A stretch of DNA of 64,000 nucleotides from Hydrolagus affinis (lineage: Eukaryota), in assembly GCA_012026655.1 (NCBI GenBank), contig JAAILG010000358.1, positions 1 through 64,000 of the forward strand. The letters are read 5' to 3'. A program made the position numbers and the translations under genes. Positions 39,571 to 50,900 of this stretch are shown piece by piece. Position 1 is the first letter of the stretch, and every line of letters begins with the position of its first letter. Under the pieces are notes generated by a model. It saw only the letters and a program-made list of their open reading frames with translations, searched no databases and was not told the origin of the DNA.

Positions 39571-40324
39571 TGAAACCATTCGAGCTTGAGGCAGATTGTT
39601 GAAGAGCTTTTCCGTCTGGTTAATCTGGGAGTGTTGATACCAACAACACCCTTAGGTTAACCAGCCCCCCTCCATCCTTTCAAATAGAATGGATTTATTT
39701 CCCAGCTTCAATGTGGACACAAAATTCATGTTAAGTAAAACAAGCTTGAATTGGTGAGAGCGAGCGGGTCTGTGTCATCCTCATTTTAACAGAATAATTC
39801 TCAACGTTTTTAACACCAAACAGTAGTCTGCAACCATTTATTACTGTTGTTCCACTGATCACCGCTAGGGGGATATCACTACCTCTTCTTCCTGCAATGC
39901 ATTCTAAGAAGCCTTCATTGTTAGCTGCTCATGTGCTTTGAGCTATGCTATAACATTTTCCACTGAGTTCTGGCTCACAAAGAAGCAAGTTTCGTATTGT
40001 ATGTGAGCCAAAAGTCTCTGGAAAGTTTTATAGTCAGTTGACAGAAAATGAGCTGGCTAGAGAACGTTCCCAGAGTACAGTATGCTGACATTCGCCCCCA
40101 GTGCTGAAACAATTCCATTACAAGTTGGTTACCTATGCAAAACAACCACAAAAATGTTCAGAACACGAGCCTCAATGCTGCACAGGAAAGTACTGAAATT
40201 CATGACTTTTAAAATGAGCTGTTCAAAGAGCAAAATAATACTTGCAATGTGGGTTAACACACAGTTGAGCATCTCAAAGTGTTTCACAGGATTTTACTGT
40301 GAAGTGCAGTGAATGTGGTATGTG

Positions 40325-40480
40325 TAATAATCCTTGCATTTGATGTAGCATCTTATCACATCTTTGAGACATCTCAAAGCACTTCAGACAATAATGTAAT
40401 GCGTAGTGAAAGTTTTTTGTGGGCAAAACACGGCTGCCAATTGCGCACAGCAGTGACCTACAAACAGTTGAATGACCATA
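40325..40480 (-). mobile_element. Family A SINE 3' half
   Basis: Tail plus Deu core GGCTGCCAATTGCGCACAGCAG; another tail remnant lies at about 40235-40320. Confidence 0.85.
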
Positions 40481-43400
40481 TTTTTTAAATACGATCTACC
40501 ATGTGGATTTACGTTTGCAATTATGTTTTCTTGTTATTGGGAGATAATACATACAGCAAATTGTAAGTGAATTCGGCCAACTTGTGCACATCAAACAGCC
40601 AAATACTGGACTATCTTGATTAACTAAAACTTTGGGAGGCATATTTTTAAAAATAACTTGAAGGGTTTATATGTTATTCCAATACAAAGGAGGCACAGGT
40701 AATGGGTTGCATCACATTTGTCAAACACAGGCATTCAGTCAGGGTTCTTGAAAAGTAACAAACTGAAATCCAAGCAAGTCTTGAATTGTAACAAGTGTTA
40801 CAAGGACAGCAACAACATTTCAAAAAAAAATACATGGGGATAATGTAGTCTGCAGTACGCTACAAACAGCAACACATGGAGGGGTTGAGATGACATTACA
40901 GTACAAACTGCAACAGGAAAGCAAGAAATGTATTGCCTCACCGTAACTCTTTCTTGGGAGCACATTTGAGAGTACTGTATTGTGTCTGGCTGATGGCATC
41001 AAATTGTTTGAGCTATATTATGGACTCCAACAGGAAGCAATACCAGGTTTAATTTTATTGATACAGGGGAATGTCATATCTGCTGCATGTTACACCATAA
41101 AAATTGTAATTCATAGCATATACTTTTGGGGGTCTTCCTACTGCGGGTTTCTGGCACAGAATGTGATTTGCTTCCAGGCTAGAGGCAGCATCCAGGATTC
41201 ACCTAACAGCCTATGGGGGAAAACATACTAGCTTCCCGTTTTTGCTCGAAAACACAAGAGGAAATCTCTAAATCTACTGTACACCATATGTGCAAGTTTG
41301 TTACAATGCTATTTACATGGTGGAACATTTTACTCTCAATTCTCTCCCCCCTCCTGTCATTTTTTTTGCTTCTGCAATAAAACGCACACAAGTCTATTCT
41401 GTACAAATCATATAATCACCTGAGTCGTCTGTCCATGTGCCCAAGTTCCTTTGAATTTCTTATTATTTATACATTTCAGATAACTCATACTTTGCACAAG
41501 TCATATTAAATGTACGGTCCCAACTGTTACGGCTTTTGTGAGGTTTACTGTCTTGGGGTACACTCCAATGGGCAGCTTCTGGCACACTGCCAAAACAACC
41601 ATTATTTACGTGACAACCTTGATAGTTACTGTTGCAAACAATTTGACACGAAGCCCATTATAGTCAAGCCTAATCCAGTCATCACCCAGCATCAACTCAC
41701 TCACCTGCTAGCAGGGATCACTGGACAACAATTAGGCCCCAGGAACCATGGCTGATTTGCCCTTACCAAGAGCTTAAGGCAACTAACTTAGCAGAAGGTG
41801 AGATCTGATGCACAGTCACTGTATATTACAGCATATACTGTGAAGTACTTTGAGATGGTCCTTCTATGAAGTGAAAGGTGCTATCGTTTCAAAATTTTGT
41901 GCCACCCTGATAAAATGGTTTTCTGAGATAAGACTTGGTGAAATTTAGGGTCTCCAGAACCAGGAACTTCTGACCAGTATTGTTTAGTGTTTGTACAATT
42001 AGGCCATCAGGAGAGCTCTTATAACAAATAACTAGTTAGAAGTACAGATGAAAAACAAAAGGTTTCCAATAAATTTGCAGTACCGCAAAGCATTTTGTCA
42101 TCAGCACTCGACAAAAAGTACGAGCAGCCATTTTTACTGGAAATCAAATTATAGGGCACAATCCAACTCCAAATGGCTTGTGGTCATTTGGAGAATGAGG
42201 CGATGTATAAAAGCAACATGACGATTTCAATAATCTGGAATACGAGTTTTAAATTATATGTTAAAAAAAAAGTCACAACACACGACGTAAAGAGCAGGGC
42301 TGCTACGCTTTACTTACTTAAAGAACAAAATCAAAATGGGCGAGTTCTTCGCTGAACACTGAAACAAGAGTTATAGGCATTGCAGGAGTTCAGATGTATT
42401 CCCGGAGGGCTGTCCATGAACGGATGGTTTGCTGGGTGAAATGGTTTGCAGTTTTGGAACTAATACACTCCTTAGCAAAAAAAAACAAGACAATTTCTGT
42501 GAATTATTTATTCTTTTTAAAAACGAACATTACAGATACAAGGACTTTACATTGTAATCACGTACACTTCTCAGCAAAAAAACAACATGATTAAAGGAAT
42601 ATCTGCCTGTAGGGAGGTAGTTTCAATATAAAGTACCTACCGCTCTCATATCTCCCACAGGTAATGTTTATTAATTTACTCTCAACTATAAAGAGTAATC
42701 TTTTGGCAAAAGAAAAACTGGTTAACATGCCTCAAACAGACCAATATTTTATGAAAGGGATTCAATTGGTATCACTTGGTTTTCTCAAGTGCCATTCAGC
42801 AGGTAAGTCTATATACTGTGCAATGGGTCACAGGAGTGCCGTTTCCTGAACCAGCCTCACCTCAATGCTGGCAATGCTATAGGAAAACAAAGCACATCTT
42901 GTAAAATGCTACAGCGGAAATTAATAGTGCTTCCTCTATTTGACAAGCACATTCTCCGTTATATAAACGGACTTATGTTTGCGCTTGTGAAACATCGGTC
43001 TGCTTGGAGCTATGGAGAGGTCTTTTGCAGAGATCCCTCTTCAAAGGTGAGAGCTTATGGACAAACGTATTGTAGAGGACCCAAAAGATCATGTTTCATA
43101 GAAAGGACCTCTTCTACAGGCAAACTCTCCTTTACGATTTCTGGGCAATTTGTTTCTTGACACTTGTGTTTCACAACTCCATGCACGAAGCAAATATTTT
43201 AATGACTGTCATGAGCAACTTTAATGTTAGCCAGTTAAACAAAAATTACAACCCTATTGGGAGGGAAGAGCATGGATGGGAGGAGCTACACAGAAGAAAG
43301 GCAGCTGTAAATCATTGATGCAAAATATAAAGGTAGGATGAGAGCCTGCAAAATGTTACCGTCAATATTGAAATGGTTATTGTTAAAAACCTGCTTGCGT

Positions 43401-45703
43401 GCCAAAAAAACGCATGTCACATAATTAAGCAGAAATAAGATTGAGTTGAGGCAGCATTTTATTTAGATATATTACATTAATAAATATGCTAATTCCAAAA
43501 ATAAAGCCCCAAAAGCATAGGCTTTGTCAGGTGGAATTAGTTTAAATTAACATCTGCTTGGATCGTTTCTGCTTAATAGTAACATCTGGACAAAAGTCAC
43601 ATTTGCTTTCCACGTGAGCAGGTAAAAAGATGTAATGTTTTTACTCTAGCCAACTTACTTGTCAGTGAAATTAGTTGTGAAAATCAAGTATGCTGGGCAA
43701 ATAGAGGAGAGCGTAAGTAATGCCAATAAAATATTTTGGAAAGATTGAAGCTAAAGACAAGTGAGAGAAAACAAGACATGCACATACAATTAAGAATTCC
43801 ACCCCTTCTTTCAACTTTAAGCAGTGCCATAACAAATAAACATTTGTACACATAGATGTCTCGACTCCCTCACATATAACTGCACTAACCACCCTAATGT
43901 TTGTATTACAGTAAGGATTACTGATGGTTTCTCCATTAGTGAGAAGGAGCAAAAAAATTATGAATGAACTAGATTACCATGTATGGAACAACAGAAAAAG
44001 AGTTTCACTAAGGCATTCAGTTACATGCAGTAACTCCTCTCTTACATTACCAGGTCTCGGTACAATATTGTCTGTTTTATGTCTCTCTGATGAACATATA
44101 AGAGCCTCTACAACATACATGTTATGTGGATCCCAGACGGCATTCCAGAGAGGGGGGGTTTGTATGACTGTGACAGGTTAAGTTAATTTTGTTATTTACT
44201 TACAATTGGAATTTGGACAAAATATAATAAACCACCCACTTTCTGTCTGGATAAGATTACACACAACTCAATGAAGGCAGATCCATGCAACAAGTACAGA
44301 TCTTATGCATTATGTTCCATGCTCAACAACATCCACTCATAGCCAAAGCCTAAATGTTTATGTCAACCATACTGTTCTCTTTCTCCTTTAATTACAATAC
44401 AATGCTTCAGAAATGTCACGGTCACTTTTCTTGGTCTGCACAAGTTGAGATTAAAAACATTGTTGATGTTGTCTAGTCTCTTCATTGAGTACTTTTTAAA
44501 AAAAAACTGCTGGTTTCTGACTTTGGCTTTTATTGAAATTGATTACTAAGTGCTTTTGCAAAGCAGGTCACCTGTCCTGGTGTGTCAAAAATATTTGATA
44601 GTAGTTAATTGAATACGGTGTAAAAAAAAAGGCTATTCAATTCAACAAAGCAACAGTACTTAGCATCCAAGCATCTCCCTACACTTTATTAGCCATTAGC
44701 TTTATTGATATTGGGACAGTAAAGAGTCAGGCATTGCCTCATCTGGCTCTGTCCCCACATCAATATCAATTGTTCTACATTCTGAGGAAATACGAAGAAG
44801 GCGCTCTACTGTACGGTTTTCACTGGCTGGGAATTACATAGGTTATGTGGCTATTTCATGTCTTTCTGGAACATATTATCCAGATCAGTTAGGGAGAACA
44901 TATAATTTGGCACAGGGTACTGATCAAGGCTACGAACAAAATGCCTTATCAAACATTAGCAAGAACTGTTGAAAGGCAGAGTAATTAAAATATAAAAATA
45001 ACCCCCAATATTGTATCTTTAGAATCAAAACCCACAGATGATCAGCAGCTGTAAAAACAAACAGGCTGCAATTCCAGAATGCACAAGCCCTGCATTAAAA
45101 ATGAAATGTTGTTCAGTTTTGCTTTGAAACTGTACCATTTGCCACGTTTGGGAAATTATATTGTGCTGTTAATCACCTGCAGATCAGGTTAAATATTTAG
45201 CCTAGCAACAAAAGAGAAATAAATTAACACCAATTGTCAGATTACAGTACATGGGACTAATAATCTGCTGATCAAACCCCTACAAAGAGAGACTAGATTT
45301 TGATCAATTATCCACAGTACAGAATTTACCCCCATTCAACTAATCTATTACTGTAGGCATATGCTCCAATACACTGTACCCTACCAACAACATTTGATTA
45401 CTAGCTTCAGAATAATCTGTTCCAGGGTGTAAAGGGTGTGTTTTAGGACAGACACACAACAAAAAATATCAAACTCACGTCACATTTCCATCAAATACAT
45501 TAGTGTTCACATAAAGCTTCACTTTTGTTGTAAAGATGGACTGGAACCAAACACTGAATTGTTTTCATTGTTAACATTTCACCAGTCACATGAGTAACTT
45601 GTAAATATTTTACGTTCAGGGAAAGTGCATTTTTTCAGATTATAGAAACCCAACAATCTATATAACGAAAATTAACTGTAGCAGTCCACTGGCAGTGCTG
45701 TAC

Positions 45704-45709
45704 TTTATT
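45704..45709 (-). terminator. Candidate distal polyadenylation signal
   Basis: AATAAA on the minus strand, with an ATTAAA about 10 nt upstream and a TGTA element nearby. Confidence 0.35.
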
Positions 45710-46479
45710 AACCTTGTTTAATGAAAACTGTACAACTATTACTATTGTGATGATAAACATAATTAACGATAAAACTACCAGGAATGTAAACACTGAAAGA
45801 CAACTGGTATTTGGAAGGTTTTGTCTCTTATAAAGTAAAACAGCATCAGTGTTTTTAAATACGTAAAGAAACCATTAATATTTTGGTACACTAAATATTA
45901 AATATCAAACTGTTTGTTTTAAAGCATGTAGAGGGAGGTACATTTTACACAATTATTGTCTTGTGATAAAGTTTTCTAAATAAAAGACAAGAATGCAGTT
46001 CTGCATACTGATAGCAGTTTCTGGTGCTGTCCACGATCTAGACAGACAGTTGTATTCTATATTCTTTTTTTAAAAGTCTTTACTTCAAACTTCGTGCTAT
46101 TGCCTGGACCACTACAGTTAACCAGCACTGATTTTTACACAGTAACATTCAATCACTTTAAAGTGCCTCTAAATGCGGAACAATAGTTACCACAGATTTT
46201 GTTTCAGCAGAAATAAAGGTACAACCTGGAACTCATCAAATCTCAGTCCAGAGTCCATTAAAAAAAAGAAAAATCCTGAGTCAGCAGTTTCTTAAATCAA
46301 CTCAGGTGACACAAATATATGGGCTCTTTGCCAAGATGAGTAAATACAGCAATTACTTAATAAGAACGACATCTCTAACAGTGGCTGTAGAAATGTAATC
46401 CAGAAATACTATAAAAGAAATTCAACCATACTCCACATATCATTTGTTCTGCATTTCTTATAGTTCTTTAAAGAAATTG

Positions 46480-47234
46480 ACTAGTCAGGGAGCTTATTAA
46501 TTGAATTTATTACAATTTATTCAGCTCCAAGGCACATTACAGTCTTCTGTTACTACAGAAATGTATAAAGAACAAACAGAGCATTTTTTTGTCATATACA
46601 GTACAGCAATTTGCTCTACTATTTAAAGCATTCGTGCATCCATAAGCAAAAAAGAAAACACGTTATATAAAAAAAATTCAGTTCACTGAATCATAAATGA
46701 AAGATTTGCCCTTGGAAACTAATAAAAAGAACCCCTCACCTTTTTTTAAAAAAAAGTCACTTTGCAGGAGACTATCCCAGGGCTTGTAACATAACAAGCT
46801 GTAACCATTTTTTGTAACGATTTGTTTGCATTTCTGCAGGCGTCAACACTGGCCTTGGCAATTCAGCGAAGTGCATACATTTACAAAAAAACACACACAC
46901 CAGCAGCGTTAATCGCTAAGTGCTATGATTCTGTACCTAGCCAACACACTGCCACCAAATAAGTGAAAACAGTATTAAGCAGTAACCAGTAATATCTTAA
47001 TTCCTTTTTGAAAAAAAACGAAAAAAAAACAGGTTCATCCTTCAAATGAAGAAGAGTACATACCTTGTTTCAAAATATAGAAACATACGACGAAAAAATG
47101 GGGGAACAATGTCTATACATAAGACTAACTTGTTTTTTTTAGTTCTTATTCACATTTCTTTTTTAAAAAAAAACTTCAAATGCAGTGTGAAGTTTGAAGT
47201 TTTTTTTTCTCTTGTTAAAAAAAATTAAATTTGT
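46480..47234 (-). other. IRF2BPL 3'UTR, proximal form
   Basis: U-rich sequence on the sense strand after the stop codon, ending near tandem AATAAA signals; no repeats recognised. Confidence 0.65.
46506..46521 (-). terminator. Tandem polyadenylation signals (2x AATAAA)
   Basis: tttatt at 46506-46511 and 46516-46521 on +, i.e. AATAAA twice on the IRF2BPL sense strand, about 720 nt after the stop. Confidence 0.65.
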
Positions 47235-49214
47235 TTACGGGTCTCTTTCTTTCTTGACCTTAACGTCCCCTGCTAAAATGGTCGCGATCTCTCCCTGCAT
47301 GAATGCCCAGGGCACATTGGAACCGACTAGCGGGCACTTCTCGCCGCTGGGGCAGTAAACCTCGCCGTTGGCGCCTTGGGCCTTGATGCTCTCCCGCGAG
47401 CAGGGGAAGCAGAACTTGTGGTTGGGCACCGACGGGCACTGCACGAAGTGAGTGTCCTCCAAACGTTCGTGACAGATAGTGCAGCACAGGGGCCCGTTAC
47501 TGGCCATGGGCGAGTCCGGGATGTTGGGCGGGTGAGCGGCCTCCATGGCGTGCGCGTTTGGAGCCGCCGCCGCTGCCGCCGACAGAGCCACGTCTCCGTT
47601 CCTGGACGCCATGCGGCGCTGGCCGCCCCCGGAGGCCGGTGACACGGGGCTGTTGCTGTTCCTCCTGGTGCTGGTGGTCGAATGCACCGAGTTGCTGCCG
47701 CCGCCGCCGCTGCTGTCCTTTGGCGAGTGCGCGTTGCCCAGCGTGTCAGCCACCGACATGAGGGCGGCCATGGGCGACTGGCCGTTCTGGCTGCTGCCGC
47801 CGCCGCTGGACTCGGGGGGGCTGGTTCGGTTGGGGGTCATGGACGGCCCAAAGGCGCCCGACGCCGCCAGGGTGAGCTTCAGGGCTTCGTTCTGTCCGGC
47901 CAGCCACTGCTGCTGCCGCTCCTCCAGCTTCACGCCGCCCGCCTCCTGGTCGGGCTCGGGCGAGGCTTTCCTCTTGCGCATGCCAGTCCTGGAGGAGTTG
48001 TTGGGCAAGGCGCGGGACAGGTTACACAGGGCGGTTGGCAAAATGGGGCAATTGGCGTCGATGTAAGACTGGGGCAGCATCTCAGCCGCTACCATCTCCT
48101 TGAAGAAACGCACCGTCTCGGGCAGCAGGTCACCCAGCAGCCGCCAGTCCCCCGAGCTGTGCTTCTTCTCGTACTCTAAATACTTGAAGCCGGACGATAG
48201 CCCCCGGCCGAAGTCCTTCATGCAGTCTTGGTACATCTGTTTGGCCACCCCCGAGGCGCTGGAAAACACGTTGGCAGATCCGCTCGGGTACTCGATGTAG
48301 ATTTTCAATTCGTAGTCCATGCCCGGCTTGGAAATGGCATCGAAAGCGAACACCCTGCCCAACAGACAATGGTCCTTCTTGAAGCGCACGTCGAAAGGCG
48401 TGCAGTTGGAAAGAGTGATCAGAGTCTCTCGCACTATTTTGGGTTTGTTCGACCAGTCCTCCGAGCGATTCCTTAAACTTTCGCTCAGCTCCGCTAGGGT
48501 CTCTGCATTGCGTTGTTTCTCTTTCAGTTCCCTCTCCTGGTCGGTGCTGGAGACGGAGCCGGGCCGTTTGTTTACATCGCTCAACGACTGGCTGGTAACA
48601 GACAGAGAGGATCCCAGGATGTTGGAAGGAGGGGGTCGGCCGAGCAGACCGTGCGGGGGGAGGGCTCCCGTCACCGGGCCGTTCAGAGTGGTCTGTGGTA
48701 ACAAATTGGGAGGGACAGTGACGGGACCTGGAGGCACCAGCCCGTGATTTCTGCGAGAAGAATTGGGGCTCTGTCTGTTGAGTTCAGGAGGAATGTCCTC
48801 GGGTTTGGGGAATCCATTGGGTCCATTCAAGCCGTTGGGAAGCCTGCCAGCGTGGGTGATGCCTGGGTACTCGAACCGAGGTCTCTCCGTGGCCAGGGAG
48901 TAGCGGTCGAGAACCGTCTGGGGCGGTTTGGACGAGCCGTCAACGTGGTTGAGTTGAGCAGTCTCTTTACCTGCAGCCATAGACTGAACTTTGACAGGCG
49001 GCGGACCGGGGGATCTCCCATCCTGGAAGCCATGAGCCCTTTTCAACTGCCGGGCCGTCTCGATGACGAATTCGATGCGATCGGCCCCTTCGTAGTTGAC
49101 ACATCCCCTGCACACGGGCTCGGTAAAATCCCAGATCATGGCCCACGGCATGCGGGGCAGATCACAGAGGTAGCACGACTGTCTCCTGGAGGAAGACACT
49201 TGTGCAGAAGACAT
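47235..49214 (-). CDS. IRF2BPL: Interferon regulatory factor 2-binding protein-like (EAP1), single exon, 659 aa
   Basis: Uninterrupted ORF. N-terminal C4 zinc finger [62 protein letters not shown], central [10 protein letters not shown]...[11 protein letters not shown] domain, NLS RKRKASP, C-terminal C3HC4 [24 protein letters not shown]...[14 protein letters not shown] in GCC-ATG context at 49214; the ORF track start at 49232 is an upstream TTG. Confidence 0.97.
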   Translation of the reverse strand: MSSAQVSSSRRQSCYLCDLPRMPWAMIWDFTEPVCRGCVNYEGADRIEFVIETARQLKRAHGFQDGRSPGPPPVKVQSMAAGKETAQLNHVDGSSKPPQTVLDRYSLATERPRFEYPGITHAGRLPNGLNGPNGFPKPEDIPPELNRQSPNSSRRNHGLVPPGPVTVPPNLLPQTTLNGPVTGALPPHGLLGRPPPSNILGSSLSVTSQSLSDVNKRPGSVSSTDQERELKEKQRNAETLAELSESLRNRSEDWSNKPKIVRETLITLSNCTPFDVRFKKDHCLLGRVFAFDAISKPGMDYELKIYIEYPSGSANVFSSASGVAKQMYQDCMKDFGRGLSSGFKYLEYEKKHSSGDWRLLGDLLPETVRFFKEMVAAEMLPQSYIDANCPILPTALCNLSRALPNNSSRTGMRKRKASPEPDQEAGGVKLEERQQQWLAGQNEALKLTLAASGAFGPSMTPNRTSPPESSGGGSSQNGQSPMAALMSVADTLGNAHSPKDSSGGGGSNSVHSTTSTRRNSNSPVSPASGGGQRRMASRNGDVALSAAAAAAPNAHAMEAAHPPNIPDSPMASNGPLCCTICHERLEDTHFVQCPSVPNHKFCFPCSRESIKAQGANGEVYCPSGEKCPLVGSNVPWAFMQGEIATILAGDVKVKKERDP

Positions 49215-49439
49215 GGCGCAAAAAGAGAGCAACAGCCCAGCACAAGAACGGAGCGAGGCTGCGATCTCTCTCCTCTCTCTCTCGGTGTGGTTCCTCGCTC
49301 TGCGGTACTGGAGGGAGCACGGGAAGGCCTGGTGTGTTGTGCTATGCTATGTGAGGGTAGCACGGCTTGTGGTTGGTGTAGCTCCCCGGGCTCGGTCTCT
49401 CCCTCTCCCTCCCTCTCTATCTCTCGGAGGCTCTGAGCA

Positions 49440-49560
49440 GCTTCACCGCCGACCAGCGCTCCTCCGCCCGTGACGTCACCCGCGCCACTGAATACAGTGC
49501 CAGGCTACTGCGCATGCGCGCCGCCGCATTCCTTTCCCCCCCCCCTCCTCCTCTTCAATG
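49440..49560 (-). promoter_or_regulatory. IRF2BPL proximal CpG-island promoter
   Basis: GC box CCGCCC 49464-49469, palindromic CRE TGACGTCA 49471-49478 and NRF1 consensus TGCGCATGCGCG 49509-49520. High CpG. No upstream ATG between 49215 and 49470 on the minus strand. Confidence 0.75.
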
Positions 49561-49638
49561 TTACATGTGTGCGATACACACCAACAATCATCTTAAAGCG
49601 ACACCGCCTCCCACCCTCCACTGCTAGAGCTGTGCCAC

Positions 49639-49780
49639 ATAATCATCATCATCATCATCATCCTTGCATTTTGATACAGCGCCTTTCACGTCTTCTAGAC
49701 TGTCTCAAGGCCTCAAGGCGCTTTGCAGAATACATTTACTGTAACGTGAATTGATTGTATATATGGGCGAGATACACCAA
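49639..49780 (-). mobile_element. Family A SINE 3' part with an (ATG)n tail, next to the IRF2BPL promoter
   Basis: (CAT)6 CCTTGCATTTTGATACAGCGCCTTTCACGTC...GTGAATTGATTGTAT. Confidence 0.85.
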
Positions 49781-50545
49781 AAATGATCGAATCCTTGCAT
49801 TATTATTAAACAATTATCTTCAAAGCTACATACCCCCCCCCCCACCCCACCTCATCTCTCTCTACCCCCTACCCACTTTCTCCGTCCAATGTTATATGTG
49901 TACAGTACACACTAAACATCTTAAAAGCCCCATCTCCTCCCCTTCTTCAGGCCTCTTATGATTTCCGGCTTTTAGTAATGCACCATTATTAAGCGACTGC
50001 GTTGAATGCATGGCTGGAGGGAAAGAAAAGTAGTTTTTTAAATGACTTCCAGCGGCGCGCTTGGCGACGTCAACACGCACATTTACTTTTGGGGGGCTCT
50101 TGCCAGCTTGCTTTTGATCCCTGATCCACCCTCCCCATTACCCCCCCACCCCCACCCCAAAAAAATCCTTGCTACTCATGATGGGCTCGGGTTCAGTGTT
50201 AGTTAAGGTTCGGGGCCATGGTTAGTGATGCGGGGGTCGCTCGGTTCGAACAATGGGAAGGACGGACAGTTGTAATCTTAACACAGTCCACGTTTAGACC
50301 TGCATTCGGACCAGTCAGTGCTGAATGAACAAAATTGCTTTCGTAGTGAAATCAGCAGCAAATATCTGAACAATGTGCGGGGGGGGGGGGAGGCGGGGGT
50401 AGGGAGGGATAGCCTCCTATTAAAAATACAAGATTCCACAACCAGTTCCTATCAAATTTCAATCGCACACCGTGATCGAAATAACGCGCCTCAGTAAAGC
50501 ACAGGCTTATCTCACTGCACAGACAGGGTTAGGTGTTGAATTACT

Positions 50546-50645
50546 NNNNNNNNNNNNNNNNNNNNNNNNNNNNNNNNNNNNNNNNNNNNNNNNNNNNNNN
50601 NNNNNNNNNNNNNNNNNNNNNNNNNNNNNNNNNNNNNNNNNNNNN
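50546..50645. other. Assembly gap (100 N)
   Basis: Run of N, with a long C homopolymer directly after it and a G run about 150 bp before it. Confidence 1.
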
Positions 50646-50699
50646 CACCCCCCCCCCCCCCCCGCCACCCCCCGCCTCCCTTGTGCTCCCTGAGGAAGC

Positions 50700-50900
50700 C
50701 TCTTAACTGCAGCTTTCCACCAAAGGCACCAATCCCGCCCCGTGACGTGGGGCCCGATCTATTTCAGTTCTTCTCTGAATATCGCAACTCCCCCAGCGCT
50801 CTGCTTTTGCGCCGTGTCACTTCACAGGCCGAGCCCACATTTTTTTTTCCCTTTTCCCGACCAATCTCTGCGTATGCACAACCGAAGCAACCCATCTGTT
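50700..50900. promoter_or_regulatory. Second CpG-rich promoter/enhancer module
   Basis: CCAAT 50729-50733, GC box 50734-50740, TGACGTGG 50743-50750, second CCAAT 50861-50865 and NRF1-like TGCGTATGCACA 50869-50880. Confidence 0.5.

Noticed and set aside
49215-49346. In-frame open stretch upstream of the IRF2BPL ATG, with CTG/TTG at 49235/49232 (possible N-terminal extension)
   Set aside because: Near-cognate codons lack a +4 G, the ATG at 49214 matches the conserved family N-terminus, and the stretch includes GA-repeat sequence.
48744-49436. 230-aa antisense ORF, plus others of 142-173 aa, overlapping IRF2BPL
   Set aside because: Shadow ORFs expected from GC-rich codon usage on the opposite strand; no recognisable domains.
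50370-50690. Long G and C homopolymers around the N gap as a functional G4 switch
   Set aside because: Adjacent to an assembly gap, so run lengths and spacing are unreliable.
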